Positions 47,530-56,503 of a stretch of DNA of 64,000 nt are shown in pieces. Position numbers and translations under genes: made by a program. This DNA is from Candidatus Latescibacterota bacterium (lineage in GTDB: Bacteria > Krumholzibacteriota > Krumholzibacteriia > WVZY01): NCBI GenBank assembly GCA_963791045.1, contig CAWBQK010000011.1, positions 32,001 to 96,000 of the forward strand, in the 5' to 3' direction. A model generated the notes under the pieces. That model made no database searches, had not been told where the DNA came from, and saw only the letters and a list, made by a program, of their open reading frames with translations. How positions within the stretch are numbered: position 1 is the first letter of the stretch; each line of letters starts with the position of its first letter.

Positions 47530-47865
47530 ATGCCGCGGGAAAGGAGTTTCAAGTTGGTAATTATTCGTGGCCAGGTTCATCCGAATCGGCTCAAAAACGC
47601 ACGCAACAAGCTCGCGTCCCTTTTCGGGCCGGGACGGTGGAAGATCGAATACACGGTGCGGGACCATATTGGCGAACATGTCGACAAAGGCAGCTCCAGA
47701 GCACAGTCGAACGGGTGTTTTGCGCTCACCGTCGACGCGCGGGGACCCAGTACCGTCGAGGTCCGGGTCAAGGGAGGAACCGCTTACCTGGACGACTTCT
47801 GTACCGTTGAACTGAACTCCGGTACCGATATAGTCAATTTGCCTCGCAGGCTGTATCCCAAGTAA
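47530..47865 (+). CDS. Small hypothetical protein
   Basis: 111-aa ORF in an otherwise empty interval; no family recognised. Confidence 0.45.
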   Translation: MPRERSFKLVIIRGQVHPNRLKNARNKLASLFGPGRWKIEYTVRDHIGEHVDKGSSRAQSNGCFALTVDARGPSTVEVRVKGGTAYLDDFCTVELNSGTDIVNLPRRLYPK

Positions 47866-48187
47866 CTCGTCAGATACACGGCCGGCGCGTCGAACCGGCA
47901 CGTCAGACAAAAATTGCCGACACGCCGTCCCGCAACGGATGTGTGGAATGTTGCCTGCATGACCCGTCAGGATTCACTTCAGTCCGGGGGGCGTTGTCCC
48001 GCGCCCCCTTTGGTCTGGCAAAAAGTGTCCACCATCACCCGTGATTCCCCGCGGACGCCCGCCAGGTCCCCCGCTGCGATGGGAAATTTCAACTCGATTT
48101 GATATACTCTTTATAGAAATCACATCCGTCGCCTTGCACCTGTTTCGACTTTCACTCCCCACGCCATCTCCTTTCGTTAGGGCAACA

Positions 48188-50071
48188 ATGCAAGGAAGAA
48201 CGCGCACGTTTCTGAACTCACTTCGCCTCGCACTCTTGCTGGTGCTCATGACGACGTCTTGCAGCGATGACGGCGTCCGTCCACAGGAGGGTGCAGCCAC
48301 TAAGCCCGGGCTCTCCGGCTGGTTCTGGCAAAACCCGCTTCCGCAACAAAACACACTCCGCGATGTTTGCGCAATTTCCGCCGATGCTGTCGTGGCGGTA
48401 GGGGATATCGGTACCGTCATTATGACGATGGATGGGGGCGACACATGGCGGTCGCTCGTGACTGGAACTCCCAGAGATCTTTTTGGTGTGTATTTTATGG
48501 ACGCCAATCGGGGGTGGGTTGTGGGAGACGCCGGAACGATTCTTTGTACGACAAACGGCGGAACGTCCTGGTCGGATCAGACGAGTTTTCCCACGATCAG
48601 ACTCAATGCCGTCTTTTTTGCAGACGCGCTGACCGGTTGGGCGGTCGGCAATCGAGGCGCCATTCTCGAGACGCCCGACGGAGGGGAGACGTGGGCGCTT
48701 TTGCCGAGCGTGACGGTTTCCAATCTCCACGATGTTGTTTTTGTGGATACCCAGACAGGCTGGGTCGCTGGTGACAACGGCTCGGTTTTCAAAACGACGA
48801 ACGGCGGCGATACCTGGACGGGCGGTTTTGCCGGTGGGTCGGCGGGCGCGTTTCGCGCCGTGGCATTCGTTGACAAGAACAAAGGCTGGGTCGTCGGTAC
48901 CGGCGGAGACATTCTGAGTACGGTGGACGGCGGCGGCGAATGGACGGCGCAAGATAGCGAGACGTCGACCGAATTGACCGGGGTGGATTTCGCGGACACA
49001 ACGATGGGATGGGTGTGTGGGGTGGCGGGCTTGATACTCCAAACGGTGGACGGCGGCGATACGTGGACGTCGCGGGCCACCGAATCAGGTGAAGACTTTT
49101 ATGAAATCGACATGACGGGCGACGCAGGGTGGATCGTGGGCGTGTCGGGAGAAATTTTGACCACGCAGAATGCGGGTGAAGCCTGGGAAACCCGGAAGAA
49201 CGGGGAGGAGGATGATCTGCGTGGAGTGTGCGCCGCGAGCGAGACCCACGCGTGGGCGGTTGGAGACGGCGGCCTGATACTCTCCACAACCGACGGCGGT
49301 TCGGAATGGCTCCCGCTCACGAGTGGGACGACAATCGATCTCAACGACGTGTATTTCGTCGGGACTCAGACGGGATGGGTGGCCGGCGCCGAAGGTTATA
49401 TCGCCTCAACATCGGATGGGGGTGTTACGTGGACCGGGCAGGACAGCGGAACCGATCTCAACCTCGTCGAGGTCTGGTTCCTGGACGATGATTTTGGATG
49501 GGTGATTGGCGGATTGTGGACGGGTTCCGCTACCGCACAGGTGATTCTGAAGACAATCGATGGCGGGGAGGAATGGACTCCCATTGAAACAGGGTCAAAC
49601 TGGAAACCCAATGGCGTTTACTTTGTCGACCGAAATGTTGGTTGGATTGTCGGCATCGGCGGAAGGGTTCTCACCACGGTAAACGGCGGAGAGGACTGGG
49701 TCGTCCACAAGTCGGGGACTTACAAACATCTCTACGATGTCTGGTTTGCCGACGAGAGAACCGGCTGGGTCGTCGGAGACAGGGGAGCACTTCTTCGTTC
49801 GGACGATGGCGGGAATACCTGGGTCCCGCAGTTCAGTGGAGGTGACATCGATCTCCTCGGCGTGACCTTTGTCGACGCCAACACAGGTTGGATTGCCGGG
49901 GCGGGTGGCCTGATTCTAAAGACCGAAAATGGGGGGGCGACGTGGGACCCTCAGTTCTCAGGAACGATCAATAATTTCCAGGAAGTGTGTTTCGTCTCGC
50001 CGGATAAGGGATGGGTGGTGGGCCGCTATGGAATTATCTTGAAAACGGTTACGGGCGGTGAATTCAAATAG
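48188..50071 (+). CDS. YCF48/BNR(Asp-box)-repeat lipoprotein
   Basis: Lipobox TTSC; 14 T.DGG.TW units, consistent with two 7-bladed propellers. Confidence 0.92.
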   Translation: MQGRTRTFLNSLRLALLLVLMTTSCSDDGVRPQEGAATKPGLSGWFWQNPLPQQNTLRDVCAISADAVVAVGDIGTVIMTMDGGDTWRSLVTGTPRDLFGVYFMDANRGWVVGDAGTILCTTNGGTSWSDQTSFPTIRLNAVFFADALTGWAVGNRGAILETPDGGETWALLPSVTVSNLHDVVFVDTQTGWVAGDNGSVFKTTNGGDTWTGGFAGGSAGAFRAVAFVDKNKGWVVGTGGDILSTVDGGGEWTAQDSETSTELTGVDFADTTMGWVCGVAGLILQTVDGGDTWTSRATESGEDFYEIDMTGDAGWIVGVSGEILTTQNAGEAWETRKNGEEDDLRGVCAASETHAWAVGDGGLILSTTDGGSEWLPLTSGTTIDLNDVYFVGTQTGWVAGAEGYIASTSDGGVTWTGQDSGTDLNLVEVWFLDDDFGWVIGGLWTGSATAQVILKTIDGGEEWTPIETGSNWKPNGVYFVDRNVGWIVGIGGRVLTTVNGGEDWVVHKSGTYKHLYDVWFADERTGWVVGDRGALLRSDDGGNTWVPQFSGGDIDLLGVTFVDANTGWIAGAGGLILKTENGGATWDPQFSGTINNFQEVCFVSPDKGWVVGRYGIILKTVTGGEFK

Positions 50072-50089
50072 CCGAGTGCGCCGATATCG

Positions 50090-50132
50090 AAAAGAGGCCC
50101 CGGCGGTTTTGAAGCCGGCGGGGCCTCTTCTT
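50090..50132. terminator. Bidirectional terminator
   Basis: AAGAGGCCCC..GGGGCCTCTT between convergent genes. Confidence 0.75.
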
Positions 50133-50147
50133 GTCGTCAACCGTGGT

Positions 50148-51170
50148 CTACGGTTCGTCGGTTACGGACGGAGCGCTGGTGACTTCGATCTTCTCCCATG
50201 TGGAGATCTCATCGACAAACCGCTGCGACAGAACGGCGAGGTCAACCGCTTCGACATCGAACTCTTCGAGAACGAGTTCGATACGACTCAGATTGGCGGC
50301 CGCTTTGAAATTCGATTCGTCGGCATCGACGGCGATCCGATAGACATCTTCGGCGGCGCGGTAACGGCCGGTGAGTTCCAGCGCCATCCCCAGGTTGTTG
50401 CGGAACATCGCGACGTCGCCCTTGAGTTCAACAGCGCGGGCGAGTGGTGGAAGCGCCTTGTCGTACATTTCTTCCTGGAGATAGATCATTCCGAGGTTGT
50501 TCATTGACCAGGCGTCCTGGTCGTCGATCTGAATCGCGCGCCGATATGCTTCGACGGCCTGCGGGTTTTGGCGAACCTGGCGGAACATGCGGCCCTTGAG
50601 ACGGTACGCGGCGTTCGATTCGGGATCGACGGAGAGCGCGTCATTGATTCTGTCGAGAGCGTCCATCGGGCGGCCCCTGTCGAGAAGCACGCGGCTCAAG
50701 TTGAGGTTGCTCTTGACGTGATCAGGATCGAGTTCGAGCGCGCGCTCGAATGCCTTTTCGGCCACTTCATAGTCACCGGATTTCCATGCGGAGAGCCCGA
50801 GCATGTAGTGTCCCCACGGATTCTCGCCCTTATGATGTGTATACGCGGTGAAAAGTTCGGTCGCGTCTTCGTAACGCCGCTCACGGTAGGCCGTCTCAGC
50901 CTCTTCGTAGGTCACTTCACGCGGTGGTTCGAATTTGGCGACCATGGTGTCTTCGCGTTCATCCTGCGCGACACTCGCGACTAGTTCGTCCTCGAGATCG
51001 ACAGTCGCCGGCAGTGACGGAGTGGAACGCTCCGTCGTCAACAATGCGACGTCTTGGGGTGACGTGTTCTCGTCACCGGTCCAGTCATATACGGCGATGA
51101 AGACGAGGGCCATGGCAACGGCCGCCGCTCCCAGTATCAATACACTTCGTTTCTGCAATGCGCTCATCAT
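50148..51170 (-). CDS. Membrane-anchored TPR protein
   Basis: AGGAGG RBS, one N-terminal TM helix, TPR units (FERALELDP, YRRAIQID, NNLG). Confidence 0.9.
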   Translation of the reverse strand: MMSALQKRSVLILGAAAVAMALVFIAVYDWTGDENTSPQDVALLTTERSTPSLPATVDLEDELVASVAQDEREDTMVAKFEPPREVTYEEAETAYRERRYEDATELFTAYTHHKGENPWGHYMLGLSAWKSGDYEVAEKAFERALELDPDHVKSNLNLSRVLLDRGRPMDALDRINDALSVDPESNAAYRLKGRMFRQVRQNPQAVEAYRRAIQIDDQDAWSMNNLGMIYLQEEMYDKALPPLARAVELKGDVAMFRNNLGMALELTGRYRAAEDVYRIAVDADESNFKAAANLSRIELVLEEFDVEAVDLAVLSQRFVDEISTWEKIEVTSAPSVTDEP

Positions 51171-51235
51171 GATGAGCCTCCTTTCAAGTACCTGTCCTGT
51201 GGCACGTGCTCGGATCGACAGACGCCTTCGGCGCC

Positions 51236-51419
51236 AGGCGCGGGTGGCATCGGTGGGGCCCCCGAGGCGGCGCAGCGTCGCGGAGTGCGGGTGGCGTGCA
51301 CGGCGCTTTTGTCGACGACCGAGTGGTCGTTTCGTGACCGGTGCTGCTATCGGCGAATCAGCGATCCGCACGAAGCGTTAGCGAGCACGCCTGGGGTGAC
51401 CGATGACAGGACCCGTGCC
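51236..51419 (+). repeat. Structured intergenic element, family B copy 3
   Basis: AGGCGCGGGTGGCATCGGTGGGGCCCC...GGGGTGACCGATGACAGGACCCGTGCC. Confidence 0.85.
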
Positions 51420-51554
51420 GCGCCGCGTGCCTATAGTATATGGCAAGCTGGAGGACCGAAAGGATACACATTCGAGCCCAAAACATAAGTCAGTATAGAT
51501 TAATCAGATAGGGCGGCGGTGTTGCTGATTGAAAAGGATAGAAGGGAGGAAGAT

Positions 51555-51606
51555 GTGTCCATGTGGACACGTTTGTTGGGACGCGAATATGTGTCCAATT
51601 GGACAC
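51555..51606. promoter_or_regulatory. Tandem palindromic operator pair GTGTCC-N4-GGACAC (candidate bEBP enhancer)
   Basis: Exact palindromes at 51555-51570 and 51591-51606, next to the sigma54 activator gene and upstream of the TPR gene. Confidence 0.7.
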
Positions 51607-51611
51607 AGCGT

Positions 51612-52967
51612 CTAAGAGCGCTTGATGTCGTGGCGGCGCATGATTTTCAGAAGGCTCGCGTGGTCGGCCAGGCCGAGCGCTTTTGCCGTCTGCGTGATAT
51701 TCCACTCGTTTCGTGCGAGCGCCGCCGTGACGATGCGCCGCTCGGCGTCGGTCTTGAGCTCCTGAAAAGTCTGGGCTTCGACCGCGTCGCTTTGTGTTTC
51801 GGCGCGGCGAATTTCGTGCGGGACTTCACCGGTTCCGATCATCGCGCCGTCGGTTGCGATGACCATTCGTTCGATGATGTTTCTCAATTCGCGGACGTTG
51901 TTTCGTCTCCAGTCATAAGCGGCCAGAATCTCCGCGGCTTCGGCTTGAATCCGCTTCTTCTTGATTCCATAACGCGAACAAATCGATGTGAGAAAATGAT
52001 CGGTGAGTTGCGCGACGTCGGAGCGCCGGTCACGAAGAGGAGGCACGTGGACGATGTGAACATTCAAACGGTAAAAGAGATCCTGCCGGAACCGCCCGCC
52101 TTCGACTTCTTTTTCGAGGTCGCGGTTTGTTGCGGCGACGACACGCGCGTCGACCTGAAACGTCCGCTCTCCGCCGACGCGGGTGACTTCTCGCTGCTCG
52201 AGAACACGAAGCAGCTTGGCCTGCCCGGCAAGCGGCAGTTCCCCAATCTCATCGAGGAATAACGTCCCGCCGCCGGCGCGTTCGAAAGCACCCCGCCGCA
52301 TCTGGTTGGCGCCCGTGAACGCCCCGCGTTCGTGCCCGAATAGTTCGCTTTCGACGAGGTTCTCAGGCAGTGCGGCGCTGTTTATCGCAACGAACGGCTT
52401 TTTGTCACCAAAGCCGACACGGTGGAGTTCGCGCGCTACGATTTCCTTGCCCGTTCCCGTTTCGCCCGTGATGAGGACGGGACTCGGAATCGGCGCAACG
52501 CGGCCAATCTGTTCTTTGAGTTTTTGCATGGCGGGACTCGAACCAACGAGCGGTGTGTCCTCTCCGAGATCGCGTTTGAGCGCCTGGATCTCCATCGCGA
52601 GCAGCGCACGTTCGAGGACGTTTTCGACTTCCTGAGCGACGCGTTCCATGGATTCGGATTTGTCGATAAAGCTGTACGCGCCGAGCTTGATCGCTTTGAC
52701 ACAGCGCTCGAAGTCGCCGGTGCCCGTGTAGACGATGACGGGCACATCGAGGTTTTGTTTTTTGATTCTTCGGAGCACTTCGAAGCCGTCGATGTCAGGC
52801 ATTTCGAGATCGAGGATCACGCAGTCGACGGCCTCGCTCGCGATGGCGTCGAGAGCCGCTTCGCCGCCGGTGGCGACGATGGTGTTGTGCCCGCCGACGC
52901 GCTTGAGATCGTACGCGTACTGTTCGGCGAGCGTTTTGACATCATCAACGATCAATACGAGTGCCAT
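51612..52967 (-). CDS. Sigma54-dependent response regulator (NtrC/AtoC family)
   Basis: Receiver domain (IVDD, ILD), GETGTGKE, GAFTGA, LFLDEIG, C-terminal Fis-type HTH. Confidence 0.96.
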   Translation of the reverse strand: MALVLIVDDVKTLAEQYAYDLKRVGGHNTIVATGGEAALDAIASEAVDCVILDLEMPDIDGFEVLRRIKKQNLDVPVIVYTGTGDFERCVKAIKLGAYSFIDKSESMERVAQEVENVLERALLAMEIQALKRDLGEDTPLVGSSPAMQKLKEQIGRVAPIPSPVLITGETGTGKEIVARELHRVGFGDKKPFVAINSAALPENLVESELFGHERGAFTGANQMRRGAFERAGGGTLFLDEIGELPLAGQAKLLRVLEQREVTRVGGERTFQVDARVVAATNRDLEKEVEGGRFRQDLFYRLNVHIVHVPPLRDRRSDVAQLTDHFLTSICSRYGIKKKRIQAEAAEILAAYDWRRNNVRELRNIIERMVIATDGAMIGTGEVPHEIRRAETQSDAVEAQTFQELKTDAERRIVTAALARNEWNITQTAKALGLADHASLLKIMRRHDIKRS

Positions 52968-52993
52968 GCAATAATTCCTTCCTGTGCCCGCGC

Positions 52994-54755
52994 CTACATC
53001 GGGGGTGCGAGGGGCAGGTCGATTTGGAAACGGCTTCCTTGTCCAACCTCGCTTGTGACGTCGATTGTGCCGCCGAGATCCATGACAAGGCGGCGCACGA
53101 TCGACAACCCCAGGCCGGTGCCCTTTTCCTTTGTCGTATAAAAGTCATCGAAGATCCGTGACACCTGGTCGGTGGACATTCCCGATCCAGAGTCGGTGAC
53201 CGTGACACGAATGATTTCGTCGCCTTCGCGTGCCGCGCGCGCGGTTGTTACTACGACGGTGCCACCGTCGCCCCCAAGACTATCGATCGCGTTGTCGATT
53301 ATATTCTCGAGAATTCGCCTGAGTGACAACGGATCGCCAAGAACAGTGCCGCGTCCGAGGTCGCCGGGTTTGACGTCGAGTTCGAACGCGTCGCCCGGAC
53401 CCTTGAGACTGGCAACAACGTTCCCAGCGATTTCATTTATGTCGCAGGGCCGTCGTTCACTTCGCGGAGAGATCCGTGCATAATTTGTCGCGAGCGTTTC
53501 GAGATATGAAATGCTCGACTCGATTGTGTCCTCCCGATCCTTAAAAACTCCGGGCATCCTGCCGGGATCGTCCGATGCCATTTGCGTCAGGTGACGAAAT
53601 ACATTCCGGATCGGAGTGAGACCGTTCTTGATATCGTGGTTGACCTGCCGGGCCATTTCGCCGAGTGTGGCGCGGCGTTCGGCGTCTTTGATATGCGTGG
53701 CGCTCGCGCGGATCCTCGTTGTCATGGCGCCGAGCACCCGGGTGAGTGTGCCTATTTCATCTTTGCGTTTTGATTTAAAATCAACATCCAGCCGGTCGAG
53801 ATCGACGCGCGATGTCTTATCGGCAAGTTCAGCGATCGGGCGGCTGATTCTCGCCGCGGTCCAGGCCACGAGAATGACGGCGAGGAATGGCGGTCAAGAC
53901 AACGGCGATCAGAAACCACCGATCGATACTCCGGCGAAGCGAATTCAGCTCCGCGAGATCATGGCTGACACGAAAAGCAGCTTCCCTCGCATCTTTCTGG
54001 GAGGGATCGATGAATGCGATCTTCACATCCCGGACGAGCGCGCTCGCGACCGTTCGATCAATCAAGGAATCGCTTCGCGCCGATCCGGATTCGCGTTTTT
54101 CTTGTATTGTGGCCGGATCGCTTTCGCCGGAAGACTGCAGCACACCGCCCTCGTAAACAAGATCAACAGTGAGGTCCGCGTCACGTGCGAGCCCCGCAAG
54201 AAAACGTTGGTCTATTTTCACGCCTGCGATAATGGCAAATTGTTGATCGCCCATGACTAATGATCCGATCGAGGCAAGCGCGAGAAAAGGCGCGTCCGGC
54301 GCGCGGACACGAATCAATGCCGTTCCATCGGGCGCGGCGCCGAGAAGACTCGGCAGGACGGGATCGATGCGGTCGTACTCATTCCTGAAATGCCCCGAGC
54401 TGACGATTCGACCTGTCTCATCCTGGATTTGCAGCATCGAAAGCCCGGAGAGCCGCATCGCGTTACCCGCGTAATCGAGAAGATAACGCCGATCGTTTTC
54501 AGCACGATCAACGGCGGCGCGTCGGAACCGGTTGTCGCTGAGAACGTCCTCGCGAAGCGCATCGAGCGCAGCGCCGATCCTTTGGCGCTCTTGTCCGAGG
54601 TCATCTTCAATCACCTCGACGAGTGTTGCCACCCGCCGTTCGTACTGAGCGGTGAGGCGTCCGGTCATCTCTCCGCGGACAAAGAACACGAGCGCCGCCA
54701 TCGGGATCAAAACGATCGCAAGAAATATGATCAACAACCGTCCGCGAAACGACAT
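52994..54755 (-). CDS. HAMP sensor histidine kinase, NtrY-like (frameshift near 53880)
   Basis: Two TM helices, HAMP (RPIAEL..DEIGTL), H-box ARQVNHDIKNGLTPI, DSGSGM, GTGLGL. Confidence 0.93.
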
Positions 54756-54764
54756 TTCCGCCGA

Positions 54765-56237
54765 TCACTCCTCTGGCGTGTCATTGACGATGACAAGGTT
54801 GTTATACCAGTCCACGTACAAACCAAATTTGTCTTTTCTCGCAATTGCGTGTGACCGAGTTTCAACAAGCGGAACCAGCGCATCAAGGAAGCCGGTTCCA
54901 AGAACGGCCAACCACGGCACGCGATCAATGAACTCCTTCGCCTCAAAACATGGAATTGGTGTTCGCCGCGGGAGCGCCAGTATGTATGCGAAATCAGAAC
55001 CCGCCCGGAGGCTCATGCCAAACTGTCCTTTTGTTACACCCTCCGAGACGGTGGTGTTCCCGTCAAGCTCAAGCCCGGGGAGCGCTTTGTCGATAGCGTG
55101 GGCCTCGGAGGACGATTCGGGCCCCGCCGCGGCGAGCGCGACGATTCGCTCCGCGAGGCCTCTTGCCACGGGATCATCCGACTCATAAAGAATTCGTCGA
55201 ACATCCTCGCCGTCATCTGTAGAGGGCAATCCGGCCGACACCTCTGAAATCAAACCCGGCAACTCGGTGCATTCGCGAAGATCATCCCACCACGCCGGCG
55301 GGTTGTACCCGCGAGCAACACCACGAACGGCGTCTCGGGCGAGCGCGTTCGACAAGTCATCGTCATATGAATCAAACGAGCGGCCGTTTGTGATTTCACG
55401 TGCGCGTGTTGTCGAAATGAGAACATATATCTTGTCCCATGAAAGTTCGATGGCGGCAAACACCGGTTTGCCCGCCGCGTATTCGATCACCGCGGGGTCG
55501 GAGGTGATCATTAGGTCTATCTCGCGTTCGAGAAGATTGCGAGCGTCATCCGGCGATGATCGAACGAATCGAATCACCGGCCCGACCGCGCCATCTATTG
55601 GAACGAGAGGGATGATGGGCGGCGAGATGCTCGACGTGTTGTGCACCGAATCGTCAAACTTGTAGCGCCCGGTCCCAATGTGCCATCGGGAGTCGGGGAG
55701 CCGCTTTGATACGGCAAACGCCGGTGCCGACATCGCGCGGGGAACATCTTTTGTGGGCTTGTCGAGATAAACCGCGATGGTGTGTTCGTCGAGCGCCGCG
55801 GCGGAGTCGACGATTGTGTGAAGCCTTAAGGCGTCCTCCCATCCGTTTATTATTGCGTGCGCGCCAACGCGTGTGCCGTCCGACCAGGTGGCGCCCTTAC
55901 GGAGCGTAAATATCCATCGGCGTCCTCGATCCTCGCGTTTCCAGGACACGGCGAGCCCCGGCCGGACTCTGCCGTCGCAGTCGATACCAATGAGCGTTTC
56001 ATAGAGCAGGAAGAAGAGTTGTTGTTCGCCGGGGTTATGCCCCCAGGGAGCAAACTCGGGGACGGCAGTGTCGAAAATCGCGATGGTGACCGTGTCTGCT
56101 CCGTCGTCAGGAACCTCGAGTAGTTCGCAGGAGGACGGGGGATACCAGTCCGTCGTCGCCGCCGGTGGCCCACCACACGAGGACAAACCGAGGACAACCA
56201 ACAAGCCGACCAGGAATGGGATTCTTGTAATACGCAT
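54765..56237 (-). CDS. Family 5 substrate-binding-like lipoprotein
   Basis: Lipobox LSSC; LYETL..GRVRPGLAVSW..WIFTLRKGATWSDGT, GTGRY. Confidence 0.85.
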   Translation of the reverse strand: MRITRIPFLVGLLVVLGLSSCGGPPAATTDWYPPSSCELLEVPDDGADTVTIAIFDTAVPEFAPWGHNPGEQQLFFLLYETLIGIDCDGRVRPGLAVSWKREDRGRRWIFTLRKGATWSDGTRVGAHAIINGWEDALRLHTIVDSAAALDEHTIAVYLDKPTKDVPRAMSAPAFAVSKRLPDSRWHIGTGRYKFDDSVHNTSSISPPIIPLVPIDGAVGPVIRFVRSSPDDARNLLEREIDLMITSDPAVIEYAAGKPVFAAIELSWDKIYVLISTTRAREITNGRSFDSYDDDLSNALARDAVRGVARGYNPPAWWDDLRECTELPGLISEVSAGLPSTDDGEDVRRILYESDDPVARGLAERIVALAAAGPESSSEAHAIDKALPGLELDGNTTVSEGVTKGQFGMSLRAGSDFAYILALPRRTPIPCFEAKEFIDRVPWLAVLGTGFLDALVPLVETRSHAIARKDKFGLYVDWYNNLVIVNDTPEE

Positions 56238-56319
56238 AGTTTGTTCTGGGTTGCGACCGATGTCTGCCTGTTCTCAGGATTGTTGTTTGTCGCCGTTGTG
56301 TCAATCTTTACCATATTAA

Positions 56320-56337
56320 AGGTGAAATCATTCACAA
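56320..56337. promoter_or_regulatory. Candidate Rex operator
   Basis: AGGTGAA-ATCA-TTCACAA versus Rex consensus TTGTGAA-N4-TTCACAA (12/14). Confidence 0.55.
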
Positions 56338-56384
56338 CTCAAAGAAAAATAATAGGTTAAATCAAAAGAAACAACCCCTGCAGT

Positions 56385-56414
56385 AATTGACATTTGTCAA
56401 TTTTAGGCTAGTAT
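56385..56414 (+). promoter_or_regulatory. Sigma70-like promoter with its -35 inside the palindrome AATTGACA-TT-TGTCAATT
   Basis: TTGACA (56387) -N16- TAGTAT; the core TTGAC-N4-GTCAA has FNR/CRP-family geometry. Confidence 0.55.
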
Positions 56415-56503
56415 TCATATATACGAAATCAGATGGATAACAAATATACACATCTGATGACCCTTATCGATTCTACCAACTAAGACAGCCAAGGGGGGCA
56501 ATC

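Noticed and set aside
48188-50071. Periodic DNA repeats
   Set aside because: Explained by protein-level BNR/YCF48 repeats, not a DNA element.
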